A stretch of DNA of 64,000 nt from an uncultured delta proteobacterium (GCA_963848295.1 CAWKDB010000010.1:288001-352000), one strand, 5' to 3'. Positions 20,256 to 30,580 are shown, counted from the stretch's first letter. Numbers and translations: made by a program. Notes: generated from the letters alone by a model not told the origin.

Positions 20256-22862
20256 TTACGCCGCGTTCTCCTCGGTGTCGTCGACGCCGTCGCTCTTCCA
20301 GTCGCACTCCATGCAGCGCAGCTTGATCCCGCCCTTGGTCTCCTTGCGGAGCACGAACTTCGCGTTGCAGATCGGGCACGGCTGCGGGATCGGCTTGTCC
20401 CAGGCGACGAAGTCGCACTGCTTCTTCGCCCAGTTCGAGCACCCGTAGAACGGCTTGCCGCGACGCGACCGCTTCTCGGCGATGAACCCGCCGCAGCCGG
20501 GCTTCGGGCACTTCACGCCGAGCGAGATCGGCTTGGTCGTCTTGCACTCGGGGTACTTCGTGCACGCCAAGAACGAGCCGAACCGGCCGCGCTTGACCGT
20601 CATCGGCGCGCCGCAGGTCTCGCACACTTCGTCGGTGGTCTGCGGCGGGACCTTCTCCCACGTGCCGTCGAGGTTCTTCACGACCTCCATCGTGTTGCGG
20701 CACTCGGGGTAGCCCTGGCACGCCAAGAACGAACCGTTGCGGCCCCACTTGATCACCATCGGCTTGCCGCACTTCTCGCACACCCACTCGGTCGCGATCT
20801 CTTCGCGCTTGACGTCGCGCATCTCGGTCTCGGCTTTGTCGAGCTCGAGCTTGAACGGCGTGTAGAAATCGCCGAGCAGCTTGCGCCAATCCTCGGTGCC
20901 GTCCTCGACGTGATCGAGATCCGCTTCCATCTTCGCGGTGAAGTCCGCGTTCACGATCTCGGGGAAGCTCACGACCAGCAAGCCGTTGACCAGGATGCCG
21001 AGCTCGGTCGGGAAGAACCGCGCTTCCTTCTTCTCGACGTAGCCGCGATCGACGATCGTCGACATGATCGCGGCGTAGGTCGACGGCCGGCCGATGCCGC
21101 GCTCTTCGAGCTCCTTGACGAGCGACGCCTCGGAGAACCGCGGCGGCGGTTGCGTGAAGTGTTGTTCGGGCCGCACCGACTCGAGCACGATCGGATCGCC
21201 GACCTCCATCGCCGGCAACAGGCGATCCGCCTGATCGGCGGCCTCGGCCTTCGCGTCGTCGGTCTCGGCCACCTCGTAGACCTTCGTGTAGCCCGCGAAC
21301 TTCATGATCTGACCGGTCGCGCGCACCGTCGCTTGGCCGCGATCGATGTCGACCGTCGTCTGGTCGTAGACCGCGGGCACCATCTGCGACGCGACGAAGC
21401 GCTGCCAGATCAGCGTGTACAGCTTGGTCAGCTCGGTCGCTTCTGGATGGTTGACGAGCGCCGCGGCGACGCGCTCGGGTGGCCACTCGAGCTGGGTCGG
21501 CCGGATCGCCTCGTGGGCGTCCTGCGCGCGCTCTTTGTTGCCGTAGGTGTTCGGCTCGGCCGGCAGGTACTCCTTGCCGTACGTGTCGGTGATGTAGCCG
21601 CGCAGCGCGGTCATCGCGTCGTCGGAGATGCGCGTCGAGTCGGTGCGCATGTACGTGATGAGGCCGGTCGGGCCCTCATCGCCGAGCTCGACGCCTTCGT
21701 AGAGGCGTTGCGCCAGCGCCATCGTGCGCTTCGCCGAGAACCGGCACTTGCGCGCCGCGTCTTGCTGCAAGCGCGACGTGATGAACGGCGCCTGCGGCTT
21801 CTTGCGCCGCTCTTTCTTTTCGACCGAGGCGACCGTGCCGTTGCCGGCGCGCAGCTCGGTCGCGATCTCGTCCGCCGCGTCCTTGGTCTTCGGTTCGGCC
21901 TTCTCGCCCTTCCAGCGCCAGATCCGCGCGTCGAACGGCGGCGGCACCGGCGCGCGGCACGTGACGTCGACCGACCAGTACTCCTCGGGCGTGAACGCCT
22001 TGATCTCCTCTTCGCGTTCGCACACGAGGCGGACCGCGACCGATTGCACCCGGCCAGCCGACAGCCCGCGCTGGACCTTGTTCCACAAGATCGGGCTGAT
22101 CTTGTAGCCGACGAGCCGGTCGAGGATGCGGCGCGCTTGCTGCGCGTCGGTCTTGTTCATGTCGATCGCACGCGGCGCGGCGATCGCGTTCGTCACGCCC
22201 TTCTTCGTGATCTCGTTGATCAGGACGCGATGCATGTTCTTGTTCTCGCCTTTGATCTCCTCGGCGAGGTGCCACGCGATCGCTTCACCTTCGCGATCCG
22301 GATCGCTTGCGAGATACACGGTCTCGACCTCGCGCGCGGCCTTGCGAATCTCGATCAGGACCTTCTTCTTGCCCTCGATGACCTCGTAGGTCGGATCGAA
22401 CGTGCCGTGCTCCAGGTCGATCCCCATCTTCGACTTCGGCAGGTCGCGGACGTGACCGACCGACGCCTTCACGATGTAGTTCGCGCCGAGGTACTTGTTG
22501 ATCGTGCGCGCCTTCGCGGGCGACTCGACCACGACGAGCGCGGAGCCCGGCTTGACCTTCTTCGGCTTGCGGACGGGCTCGAGGACCTCTTCGGGCTCGG
22601 CGGCCTTGGCCGCCTTGACGGATTTCTTGGCCGCGCCCTTGCCCGGCTTGGCTTTCGCCCCCGCCTTCGCGGCTTTTCCCGCCTTCGCGGTCTCGGTCTT
22701 GCTGGCAGGCGCGGGAGCCGCCGGCGCCACTGCGACCTTGCCCCCCTTACCGGGCTTGGCCTTCGCGGCTTTCACCGCGGCGGCCCACTTCGCGCCTTTA
22801 CCGGGAGCTGCTTTGCCTTCGGACTTCTGGGCTTTCGCCGATGGCTTGTTCTTGTCTGTCAT
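20256..22862 (-). CDS. topA: DNA topoisomerase I with Lys/Ala-rich N-terminal extension and C-terminal zinc ribbons
   Basis: LVVVESPAKA, ASDPDREGEAI, SAGRVQS, LITYMRTDS, GIGRPSTYA, repeated CxxC fingers; ATG overlaps the dprA stop. Confidence 0.97.
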   Translation of the reverse strand: MTDKNKPSAKAQKSEGKAAPGKGAKWAAAVKAAKAKPGKGGKVAVAPAAPAPASKTETAKAGKAAKAGAKAKPGKGAAKKSVKAAKAAEPEEVLEPVRKPKKVKPGSALVVVESPAKARTINKYLGANYIVKASVGHVRDLPKSKMGIDLEHGTFDPTYEVIEGKKKVLIEIRKAAREVETVYLASDPDREGEAIAWHLAEEIKGENKNMHRVLINEITKKGVTNAIAAPRAIDMNKTDAQQARRILDRLVGYKISPILWNKVQRGLSAGRVQSVAVRLVCEREEEIKAFTPEEYWSVDVTCRAPVPPPFDARIWRWKGEKAEPKTKDAADEIATELRAGNGTVASVEKKERRKKPQAPFITSRLQQDAARKCRFSAKRTMALAQRLYEGVELGDEGPTGLITYMRTDSTRISDDAMTALRGYITDTYGKEYLPAEPNTYGNKERAQDAHEAIRPTQLEWPPERVAAALVNHPEATELTKLYTLIWQRFVASQMVPAVYDQTTVDIDRGQATVRATGQIMKFAGYTKVYEVAETDDAKAEAADQADRLLPAMEVGDPIVLESVRPEQHFTQPPPRFSEASLVKELEERGIGRPSTYAAIMSTIVDRGYVEKKEARFFPTELGILVNGLLVVSFPEIVNADFTAKMEADLDHVEDGTEDWRKLLGDFYTPFKLELDKAETEMRDVKREEIATEWVCEKCGKPMVIKWGRNGSFLACQGYPECRNTMEVVKNLDGTWEKVPPQTTDEVCETCGAPMTVKRGRFGSFLACTKYPECKTTKPISLGVKCPKPGCGGFIAEKRSRRGKPFYGCSNWAKKQCDFVAWDKPIPQPCPICNAKFVLRKETKGGIKLRCMECDWKSDGVDDTEENAA

Positions 22863-23668
22863 AACGACCTCGCTGAGCCCGAGAGCTCGAGCACGCCCAG
22901 AGCGCGGAGCACTGCGCGAACCGGCAACCCGGTCGCGCTGACGATCGAATCGACACCGCGCACGCCATCGGCGAGTGCGCGTTGGACGGTGGCCGCCTGC
23001 GGATCGAGCGGCACGACCTCGCGCACGAAGGTGCGCGGCTGGCCGGCTAGCGCGGCGAGCGCATCGGCGCAATCGGTGATGAGGGCTGCACCGCTCGCGA
23101 GCAACCGCTCGCACCCACGACTGCCCGGATAAGCCGCGACGACCCGGCCGAGCCTCGCGCCAGCCTTCGCGGTCGACAGCGAGCCCGAACCGAGGTCCGC
23201 TTCGACGACGATCACGACGTCGGCGAGCGCGGCGATCAACGGATTGCGCTGCGGGAACGTATGCGGTCGCGGCGCGGTGCCGAGCGGCAACATGCTGACC
23301 AGCCCGCCGCGGTGCGCGACCACGCGGTCGAACAAGGGAACGTGACGCGCGGGGTACGGCACGTCGATGCCGGTGCCGAGCACGACCGTCGTCGTGCCAC
23401 CCCCGGCGAGCGCTCCGCGATGGGCCGCGCCGTCGATGCCGAGCGCCCCGCCCGACACGACGTGAACCCCGCGAGCCGCAAGCCCCGCGGCGAGCTCGAA
23501 CGCGCGCTCCATCCCGGCCGCGGTGGCTGCTCGCGCACCGACGATCGCGACCCCCGGCCCATCGCTGGGCGAAGCTCCGCGCAGGTGGATCGCATGCCGC
23601 CAACCCAGCGCGCTCAGCCGCCGCGGATAGCTCGGGTCCCCTGGTTCGAGTACTGAAAACGCGGTCAC
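22859..23668 (-). CDS. dprA: DNA-processing protein DprA/Smf
   Basis: VAIVGARAAT, VVSGGALGIDGAAHRGAL, FPQRNPLIA, VVEADLGSGSLSTA; classic dprA-topA linkage. Confidence 0.93.
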   Translation of the reverse strand: MTAFSVLEPGDPSYPRRLSALGWRHAIHLRGASPSDGPGVAIVGARAATAAGMERAFELAAGLAARGVHVVSGGALGIDGAAHRGALAGGGTTTVVLGTGIDVPYPARHVPLFDRVVAHRGGLVSMLPLGTAPRPHTFPQRNPLIAALADVVIVVEADLGSGSLSTAKAGARLGRVVAAYPGSRGCERLLASGAALITDCADALAALAGQPRTFVREVVPLDPQAATVQRALADGVRGVDSIVSATGLPVRAVLRALGVLELSGSARSL

Positions 23669-23678
23669 AAGGGGAATG

Positions 23679-23707
23679 GAATTAGCCACCCGACCCCTCG
23701 CCGTCAA
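23679..23707 (-). promoter_or_regulatory. Sigma70-type promoter for dprA-topA
   Basis: Minus strand TTGACG-N17-TAATTC, 10 nt before the dprA GTG. Confidence 0.55.
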
Positions 23708-23749
23708 GTCCGAGGGATCCGATTCGAGCAATTACAGCCGGTTGGCCGA

Positions 23750-23774
23750 CCGCCCTACATTATGTAGTGGGCGG
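23750..23774. terminator. Hairpin just downstream of the LysM gene
   Basis: CCGCCC-TACAT-T-ATGTA-GT-GGGCGG inverted repeat adjacent to the stop codon; weak U-tract. Confidence 0.4.
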
Positions 23775-25028
23775 CTACTTCGCCTTTTGCATCATCACGA
23801 GGTCGCCGACCGCCATCTCTTGGACCGCGAGCGTGATGAGCCCGACCGAGATCTTGGCGCCGACCTCGACGATCACGATCTCGCCGAGCGAGCGGGCGGG
23901 AAACCGCCGGTCGTCCTGGCCGACCTTGCGGTCCATCTTCCCGGGATAGGCGTCGCCGCGGCGGACCACGAACATCCGGTTGCCGACCTCGATGCCAGAG
24001 GATTCCCCGAGGTCGACGAACACGAGCTCGCCTTGGCCGATCAGCTGGCCCGCCGACAGCATCGCGACGACGTTCCCTTGAGCGTCGACCTTCGGCGCGA
24101 CCGGCGGCACGTTCTTGAACTCCTTGATCAGCGGGCCGACCTTCGCGTGACGCTCGATCTCCTGTGTGACCTGCAGGATCACGCCCTTCGCGCGCTTGTC
24201 CTCGAGCACGCTCTGGACCTGCACCGTGCCGAGCAGGTGCACGTACGAGCCGACGTTCTCGCCGTGAGCCTTCACCGGATTGTCGGGCTTGTAGATCGAG
24301 TAGGTCTTGCCGACCTGCGGCGGCTTGTTCGGCGGATAGCTGAGGTAGACCTCGTCGCCGTTGCCGAGTAGCTGGCGCTCGTCGACGCCGCCCACGATCT
24401 CCATGGACTTGTCGAGGTCGGATTTCTCGACAAACGCGATCTGACGCAAGGCGACCTCGGTGTGCCTCGCCGGGGGTGGAATCGTTTCGGGCTTGGCCAG
24501 GTCCGGGACCTTGTCCGGTTGCGTCGCGTCGGGCTCGGACGCGAACACCCCGCGCGGCAACAACCGGACGAGGTCGCCTGGATAGATCCAGTGCGGGTTC
24601 GTGATCTGCGGGTTGTACGACCAGATCTTCGGCCATTGCCACGGATCGTTGAAGTAGTACCAGCAGATGTCCCACAGCGTGTCGCCGGTGCGGACGACGT
24701 GGTGATCGGGCGTCGCGCCATTGTTCGTCGGCCGCGACTCGGTGACCAAGCCGCCGGACCCGTCGTCGACGAAGTACCCGGTCGGGGCGCCGGGGAGCGC
24801 GTTGGTGTCGACGACCTTGCCGTCGGGCTGGACCACCACGACGTTCGGCTTCGACTCCGGCGGCGAAGCGGCTGGAGGCGCCTGCGATCCGGTCGCGCCC
24901 GGATCGAGGGTCACCGGCGCCGACGGGCCGGACGCCCCGGGGTAGACCGGCACTTGGGCGGACGCGGTCGTCGCGAGCGCGGCGACACCCAGCGCGGCCG
25001 CAGCGAGCACACGAGAGAGACGATTCAC
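23775..25028 (-). CDS. LysM peptidoglycan-binding protein
   Basis: Signal peptide; HVVRTGDTLWDICWYYFNDPWQWPKIWSYNPQITNPHWIYPGD; LysM gene upstream of dprA is a common arrangement. Confidence 0.9.
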   Translation of the reverse strand: MNRLSRVLAAAALGVAALATTASAQVPVYPGASGPSAPVTLDPGATGSQAPPAASPPESKPNVVVVQPDGKVVDTNALPGAPTGYFVDDGSGGLVTESRPTNNGATPDHHVVRTGDTLWDICWYYFNDPWQWPKIWSYNPQITNPHWIYPGDLVRLLPRGVFASEPDATQPDKVPDLAKPETIPPPARHTEVALRQIAFVEKSDLDKSMEIVGGVDERQLLGNGDEVYLSYPPNKPPQVGKTYSIYKPDNPVKAHGENVGSYVHLLGTVQVQSVLEDKRAKGVILQVTQEIERHAKVGPLIKEFKNVPPVAPKVDAQGNVVAMLSAGQLIGQGELVFVDLGESSGIEVGNRMFVVRRGDAYPGKMDRKVGQDDRRFPARSLGEIVIVEVGAKISVGLITLAVQEMAVGDLVMMQKAK

Positions 25029-25930
25029 GGCAACTCCAGCCGCTTTGCCGCGAGCGCCGCCGGTTCGCTCTTCGGATACAGCGTCACGACTTGCTCGAGC
25101 ACGGCGCGCGCTTTATCGGTTTGACCGAGCGCGAAGTAGCAGTAGCCAACCTTGAGCAGCGAATCGGGCACCTTGTTGCCTCGCGGATAGGTCTCGATCG
25201 TAGCGCGAAACTCGACGAGCGCTCGGTCGAACTCCTTCTGCGCGTAGAATGCCTCGCCGATCCAATACTGCGCATTGTCGGCGTAGTCGTGATGCGGAAA
25301 GTGCGCGATGAACGCGTGCAGCGCGGTGAGCGCGTCGGCGTAGTTGCCTTGCTTCACGAGCTCGACCGCGGCGCGGTATTCGACGCCGGCATCGCCCGCG
25401 CGATCGCTCGGCAGATCGCGATCGGCGCGGACGTGAGCCCGAGTCGCGCGCGCTGCCACCGGCATACGACGCGTCACTTCGAGGCGATCAGTCGTCGAGA
25501 CTTCGGGAACAGGCGCGACCGGATCGGGCGCGGCGGCGCGAGTCGATCGCTTCGGGAGCGCGGCGGTCGCGTCGTCGTCGAACGTCGCGGCCTTGCCGAG
25601 CGCGGCATCGCCTTCGTAGACGATCTCGCTGCCGTCGTCAGCGATGGCGACGACGCGTGCGCCGTCCGCTGCGACCGGCGCGGTCGTGCTGTTCGCTCTG
25701 ACGACCTCGACCGGCAGCGTCGGCACCGAGAGCTCGCCCGGCTCGGTTTCTTTCGCGAGCGCGAGCTGATGCTCGAGATCCTTGATCTTGCGATCTTGTG
25801 AGCGGCGATCGACGCGGAGCTCGGACACCGATGCGGTGAGCCGCCGATTGTCGTCGCGAACCGAGGACAGGGGCGACGCGCAAGCGCCGACCCCCGCAAC
25901 GACCAAGATCCACAGGCTCGATTTAATCAC
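25025..25930 (-). CDS. cpoB: Tol-Pal/cell-division coordinator CpoB (YbgF)-like TPR lipoprotein
   Basis: GVGAC lipobox, coiled coil, YADNAQYWIGEAFY, YPRGNKVPDSLLKVG. Confidence 0.85.
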   Translation of the reverse strand: MIKSSLWILVVAGVGACASPLSSVRDDNRRLTASVSELRVDRRSQDRKIKDLEHQLALAKETEPGELSVPTLPVEVVRANSTTAPVAADGARVVAIADDGSEIVYEGDAALGKAATFDDDATAALPKRSTRAAAPDPVAPVPEVSTTDRLEVTRRMPVAARATRAHVRADRDLPSDRAGDAGVEYRAAVELVKQGNYADALTALHAFIAHFPHHDYADNAQYWIGEAFYAQKEFDRALVEFRATIETYPRGNKVPDSLLKVGYCYFALGQTDKARAVLEQVVTLYPKSEPAALAAKRLELP

Positions 25931-26001
25931 GGCCCCGAAATCGTAGAACCCCGCGACCACCGACGCAAAGTTTCTAGGGGGCGCGTCTATCGAAACGCTT
26001 A

Positions 26002-26937
26002 TTAAAGCCGCGTCGCGGCGAGGATGTCGCCCGCGCCTTGGGCGAGCAGGTCGTCGGCGAGTTGCTCGCCCATCATGATCGAGTCGGCCTGCCAACCGGC
26101 GACCTCGCCGCGCAAGATCTTCGTACCGTCCGGGAGCCCGCACATGCCGGCGATCACGAGCTCCTCGGTATCGAGGTCATACGCGGCGTGCGCCGCGAGC
26201 GGCGTCGTGCAGCTGCCGCCCATCTTCGACAAGAATGCGCGCTCCGCGATCACGCACGGCGCGGTCATCGCATCGTTGATCGCCTCGTAGGCCGCGGCCT
26301 CGACCTCGAGGTCGTCGGCGCGGACCTCGATCGCGAGCACGCCCTGCGCGACCGCCGGGATCGAGATGTTCATCGGCAGGAGCTGCGTGATCTTGTCGAC
26401 CATGCCGAGCCGGACGAGCCCCGCGGCGGCGAGCACGATCGCGTCGAACTCGCCCGCTTCGAGCTTGGCGATCCGGGTCGGCACGTTGCCGCGCAGCATC
26501 TTGATCTGCAGATCGGGCCGATGCGCGAGCAGCTGACACTGGCGGCGCATGCTCGACGTCCCGACGACGGCGCCCTTCGCCAGCGAGTCGAGATCGCCGG
26601 GGCCGCGCATGCACAGCGCATCCCAGGGCACCTCGCGCGATGACACCGCGGCGATCTTGAGCCCGGCGGCGAGCTCGGGCGGCAGATCCTTCATGCTGTG
26701 CACCGCGAGATCGGCAGTGCGCGCGAGCAACGCGTGCTCGATCTCTTTGACGAACAAGCCCTTGCCGCCGACCTTCGCGAGCGGGATGTCCTGGATCGCA
26801 TCGCCGGAGGTCTTGATGATCGCGAGCTCGACCTCGCAGCCCGGGCGCACCGCTTCGAGCCGCTCTTTGACGTAGTTGGCCTGCCACAACGCGAGCTGGC
26901 TGCCGCGGGTCGCTATCACGAAACGTCGTGCGGTCAC
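26002..26937 (-). CDS. hemC: Hydroxymethylbilane synthase
   Basis: IATRGSQLALWQA, GGKGLFVKEIE, AVHSMKD, GTSSMRR, LRGNVPTR. Confidence 0.97.
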   Translation of the reverse strand: MTARRFVIATRGSQLALWQANYVKERLEAVRPGCEVELAIIKTSGDAIQDIPLAKVGGKGLFVKEIEHALLARTADLAVHSMKDLPPELAAGLKIAAVSSREVPWDALCMRGPGDLDSLAKGAVVGTSSMRRQCQLLAHRPDLQIKMLRGNVPTRIAKLEAGEFDAIVLAAAGLVRLGMVDKITQLLPMNISIPAVAQGVLAIEVRADDLEVEAAAYEAINDAMTAPCVIAERAFLSKMGGSCTTPLAAHAAYDLDTEELVIAGMCGLPDGTKILRGEVAGWQADSIMMGEQLADDLLAQGAGDILAATRL

Positions 26938-28304
26938 GCTTGTGCCTTTCGCTCGGCCGATGAGTCTGGCGGCTCCGGCGAAGGTCCGCCGGACTCCGGT
27001 TCTTCCGTGGGCTCGCTGCCGTCATCGGTCGCGAGCTCGAGCCCGAACAGATCGGCGAGCACGCTCGCGCGGAGCGAGCCTTCGTCCGCCGCGGAGCCGC
27101 GCAGCGCGGTCGTCGGTTGATGCAGCAGCTTGTTGATGACGAGGCGAATCGTCCGCTGCATCGCTTCGCGACTCTGCGCCGGGGTGTGCTCGCGCCGCTC
27201 GAGCGCATCGAGCGCCTTCTGCAGCTCTGCCTCGGCGACCGCGGTGAAGTGGCCGCGCAACGCGTTGATCGTCGGCACGACGCCGCGTGTTCGCTGCCAT
27301 TGCTCGAACTGTACGGCCTCGTGCTCGACGATCGCGCCGGCCTGGTCGGCGGCCTTCGCGCGATCGGCGAGCGTGCCGCGCACGACCTTCTCGAGGTCAT
27401 CGATGTCGTAGCGAAACACGCCGTCGATCTTCTCGATCTCGGGTTCCGCGTCGCGCGGCACCGCGATATCGATCACGACGACCGGCTTCCACCGGCGGGC
27501 CTTCATCACGCGCTTGAACAACGCGCGGGTCAGGACGGGCTCTCGCGCGCCGGTCGAGCTGATCACGACGTCCGCCTTCGCGAGCAGGCTCTCGAGCTCG
27601 GCCCACGGCGCGGCCACACCGTCGATCTCGTCGGCGAGCGCCGCGGCCTTGTCCGGCGAACGGTTCGTGACGACGATCTTCTCGGCCCCGTTGGTGTAGA
27701 GGTGGCGCGCCGCGAGCGACGACATCTTGCCCGCGCCGACGACCAGCACGTGCTTGCCCTCGAGCTTGCCGAACACGTTGCCCGCGAGCTCGACCGCGAC
27801 CGACGCGACGTTGGCCGAGCCGCGCGCGATCGTCGTTTCGGTCCGGACCCGCTTCGCGACCCGGAACGCGCGTTCGAGCGCGCGCGCGAGCACCGGCCCG
27901 GAGGTGCCGGCGCCACCTGCGAGCGCGTACGCCGCCTTGAGCTGGCCGAGGATCTGAGCCTCGCCGACGACGAGCGAGTCGAGCGACGACGCGACGCGGA
28001 ACACGTGGCGGATCGCCGCCGGCCCGCGATGGTCGTAGATCGCGTTCATGACCTCGGTCGACCGCGCCTTGCGATCATCGGCGAGGAACGCGCGGACCGC
28101 CGAGGCCGCATCCGCACCGGGCTTCGCGACGCCATAGAGCTCGACGCGGTTGCACGTCGACAGCAGCACGGCCTCGGCGACCGGCAGCGCGCCGGTGACC
28201 GCGGCCAGCACTGCGGTCAGCTCGTCCTCGCGAAACGCGAGCTTCTCGCGCACCGCAACCTCGGCGGTCCGCCACGAGATGCCCACGACGAACAGCTCGC
28301 TCAC
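26934..28304 (-). CDS. hemA: Glutamyl-tRNA reductase
   Basis: GTG start; LSTCNRVE, HVFRVASSLDSLVVGEAQILGQ, GAGKM, DIAVPRD. Confidence 0.97.
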   Translation of the reverse strand: MSELFVVGISWRTAEVAVREKLAFREDELTAVLAAVTGALPVAEAVLLSTCNRVELYGVAKPGADAASAVRAFLADDRKARSTEVMNAIYDHRGPAAIRHVFRVASSLDSLVVGEAQILGQLKAAYALAGGAGTSGPVLARALERAFRVAKRVRTETTIARGSANVASVAVELAGNVFGKLEGKHVLVVGAGKMSSLAARHLYTNGAEKIVVTNRSPDKAAALADEIDGVAAPWAELESLLAKADVVISSTGAREPVLTRALFKRVMKARRWKPVVVIDIAVPRDAEPEIEKIDGVFRYDIDDLEKVVRGTLADRAKAADQAGAIVEHEAVQFEQWQRTRGVVPTINALRGHFTAVAEAELQKALDALERREHTPAQSREAMQRTIRLVINKLLHQPTTALRGSAADEGSLRASVLADLFGLELATDDGSEPTEEPESGGPSPEPPDSSAERKAQA

Positions 28305-29110
28305 CCCAGCATCCGGCGTACGAGATAGATCGCGAGCACCGCGAGCGCGGTCGCGAACCCGGCGAGCGTCAAGCGCGCGGCGCGCCGGCCGCGCCAGCCA
28401 TAGATCTGCCGCGCGACGAGCACCGCCGCGAACGACAACCACGTCACGACGGCGAGCGCGTATTCGGGACGGTCGAGGTTCTCGCCGAGCCGCGCGGTCC
28501 ACATGGCGCCGAGCACGAGTGCGACCGTGAAGATCGGAAAGCCGACCCAGATCAAGCGATGGCTCATCCTGTCGAGCGGCTCGAGCGGGGTGGCCTTGTC
28601 CTTGAGCGCGAGCGAGTCGAACTTCTTGCGCTTGAGCGCGCGCTCTTCGACCAAGTAGATCGCGGACAGCGCGCCCGCGAGCGCGAACACGCCGACACCG
28701 ATCGTGGCGAGCGAGATGTGAATCCGGCCGAGCGCCGAGAAGTCCTGCGGCGACCCGGCCGGCGAGAGCCGCGCGCACAACAACAGCACGAGCGAGATCG
28801 GCATCACGACGACGCCGCCGAGCGTCAGCCGATAGCGGATGCTCGCGAGCAAGTAGCCGCCGGTCAAGATCCACGACAGGAACCCGAGTGCCTCGCGCAC
28901 CGACGCCGCGGGATGGACTCCGAGCGTGCCGCGCCAGCCGATATCGACGCCGTGCGCGACGAACGCGGTCGCGACCAGGGCGAGCGCGATCGGCCGCAAC
29001 TTCGTGCTCCCGGCGAGCACGGCAAACAGCGCAACCGCCGCTGCGGCATATGCGATCACCGCCACCCAGAACGCCGGCGATGGCGCCACGGATAGCAGCG
29101 GCGTCGTCAC
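28301..29110 (-). CDS. Cytochrome c assembly CcsA-like / HemX membrane protein
   Basis: Multiple TM helices, conserved His (AHG, RIHI), GFPIFT, GWRGRRAA; immediately upstream of hemA. Confidence 0.85.
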   Translation of the reverse strand: MTTPLLSVAPSPAFWVAVIAYAAAAVALFAVLAGSTKLRPIALALVATAFVAHGVDIGWRGTLGVHPAASVREALGFLSWILTGGYLLASIRYRLTLGGVVVMPISLVLLLCARLSPAGSPQDFSALGRIHISLATIGVGVFALAGALSAIYLVEERALKRKKFDSLALKDKATPLEPLDRMSHRLIWVGFPIFTVALVLGAMWTARLGENLDRPEYALAVVTWLSFAAVLVARQIYGWRGRRAARLTLAGFATALAVLAIYLVRRMLG

Positions 29111-29406
29111 GGCGGCATCGGCTCGCCGATGAAGCCGTCGATCACATCGTAGGCGGTGTCGTTGTAGATCACCGAGCTCGAGACCTGCTCGGCGCCCATC
29201 TGATCGAGCGTTTGCTTCGACTTGACGAGCCCGACCAGTCCGTTCGGGTCATGATCCTGGCCGCTCGCGGTCACGAAGCACACCGCCGGCGTCATCGTGA
29301 ACGCACGGCCTAGCTCGGTCAGGGTCATCCGATCGCCTTCGAGCGTCGCCCGGCCCTCCGCCGTCCACGCATCGAGACGCTCTATCGAGATGAACAGGCG
29401 CGACAT
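29107..29406 (-). CDS. Conserved hypothetical protein
   Basis: MSRLFISIERLDAWTAEG...YDVIDGFIGEP; stop overlaps the ccsA-like start; TACAAT -10 box upstream. Confidence 0.75.
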   Translation of the reverse strand: MSRLFISIERLDAWTAEGRATLEGDRMTLTELGRAFTMTPAVCFVTASGQDHDPNGLVGLVKSKQTLDQMGAEQVSSSVIYNDTAYDVIDGFIGEPMPP

Positions 29407-29489
29407 CCGCTGTTTTATTGTACCAGCCCGGCGGGCAGGTTGCGGGGGCGGGTGTTCGGGGTTACATAACAGGACCACCGGAGGCAGCG

Positions 29490-29831
29490 ATGGCGAGCGC
29501 GAATGTCAAAGAGCTGACCGACACGAACTTCGAGGCTGAAGTCCTCAAAGCGGATGTCCCCACCCTCGTCGATTTCTGGGCCGTCTGGTGCGGCCCGTGC
29601 AAGCTGATCGCGCCGACCGTCGACGCTCTCGCCGACGAGTACAAGGGCCGCCTCAAGGTCGCGAAGATGGACGTCGATCACCATCAGATCGTGCCGCAGC
29701 AGTACCGCGTGACGTCGATCCCGACGCTGCTGCTGTTCAAGGGCGGCAAGGTCGTCGCGCAGCTCGTCGGTGCTCTGCCGCGAACGAAGCTCGAAGCCGA
29801 GATCCAGAAGCACCTCGACGCCAAGGCGTAG
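29490..29831 (+). CDS. trxA: Thioredoxin
   Basis: VDFWAVWCGPCK, SIPTLLLFKGG; GGAGG RBS. Confidence 0.97.
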   Translation: MASANVKELTDTNFEAEVLKADVPTLVDFWAVWCGPCKLIAPTVDALADEYKGRLKVAKMDVDHHQIVPQQYRVTSIPTLLLFKGGKVVAQLVGALPRTKLEAEIQKHLDAKA

Positions 29832-29842
29832 AGCTAGGGCCG

Positions 29843-30580
29843 CTACACGGCGCGGTCTTCGCGATACAGCCGCAGCGCGAACTGTCCGGCGGGCGCGGCT
29901 CGCCAGGTCGCGATCTGCGTGCTCGCCTCGGCCGGAAGCTGGTCTGGAGTCGGCAGCCAGAACGGATGCTCGGCGGGCAACAGCACCGGCGTCATCAGCG
30001 ACGCGAACGTCAGATCGGCCACGGTGAACCGGTCGGCGACGAGGTAGCGCCGGCCGTCGGCCAAGACCGCCGCGACGCGCTCGAGCATCGCGTCGATCTT
30101 GTCGCGCGACCGCGCCACGCTCGCCGGCGAGATTCGCAGCCCGCGGCGCATGAACGCGACCGCCGCCGGACGTAGCGCGCGCAACGCGATCATCTCCCAG
30201 CGCGGCACGTCGTCGGCGAGCTTGCCGAGGAGCTCGCGCCGAGGCAACAGGTAGAAGTACGCCCAGCGCCGGGTCGCCGGTCCGAGCTCGCGATCGAAGG
30301 CGTCCTCGAGTGCGAGCGCTTCATCCCGGGCCGCGCCGTCGGGCAGCAGCACGCCCGCCTGCTGCTGCTCGGCCCAGATCACGATGTCCGACGAATCCGC
30401 GATCACGCGCGAGCGGTCGACCGCGACCGGCACCGTCCTGCGACCACCCGCGCGCAGCGCCGGCAGCCAATGGAACATCGGCAGATGGCCATCTTCGACG
30501 TAGTCGACGCCCGCGCGATCGAGCGCCCACCGCGCTTTCTCGCAGTAGTGCGAGAACGGGATCGTGATGAGCCGAACCAT
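29843..30580 (-). CDS. Glutathione S-transferase family protein
   Basis: MVRLITIPFSHYCEKARWALD, TVPV, DSSDI, YLVADRFTVADLTFA; ATG overlaps the rodA stop. Confidence 0.88.
   Translation of the reverse strand: MVRLITIPFSHYCEKARWALDRAGVDYVEDGHLPMFHWLPALRAGGRRTVPVAVDRSRVIADSSDIVIWAEQQQAGVLLPDGAARDEALALEDAFDRELGPATRRWAYFYLLPRRELLGKLADDVPRWEMIALRALRPAAVAFMRRGLRISPASVARSRDKIDAMLERVAAVLADGRRYLVADRFTVADLTFASLMTPVLLPAEHPFWLPTPDQLPAEASTQIATWRAAPAGQFALRLYREDRAV

Noticed and set aside
20256..23603. ORF-track N-terminal extensions of topA, dnaK, hemA, mrdA, mreB, hslU and argF, and the apparent rodA-GST and argD-argF fusions
   Set aside because: Upstream in-frame run-ons through neighbouring genes or products of the single-base indels; true starts were assigned from motifs and stop/start overlaps.
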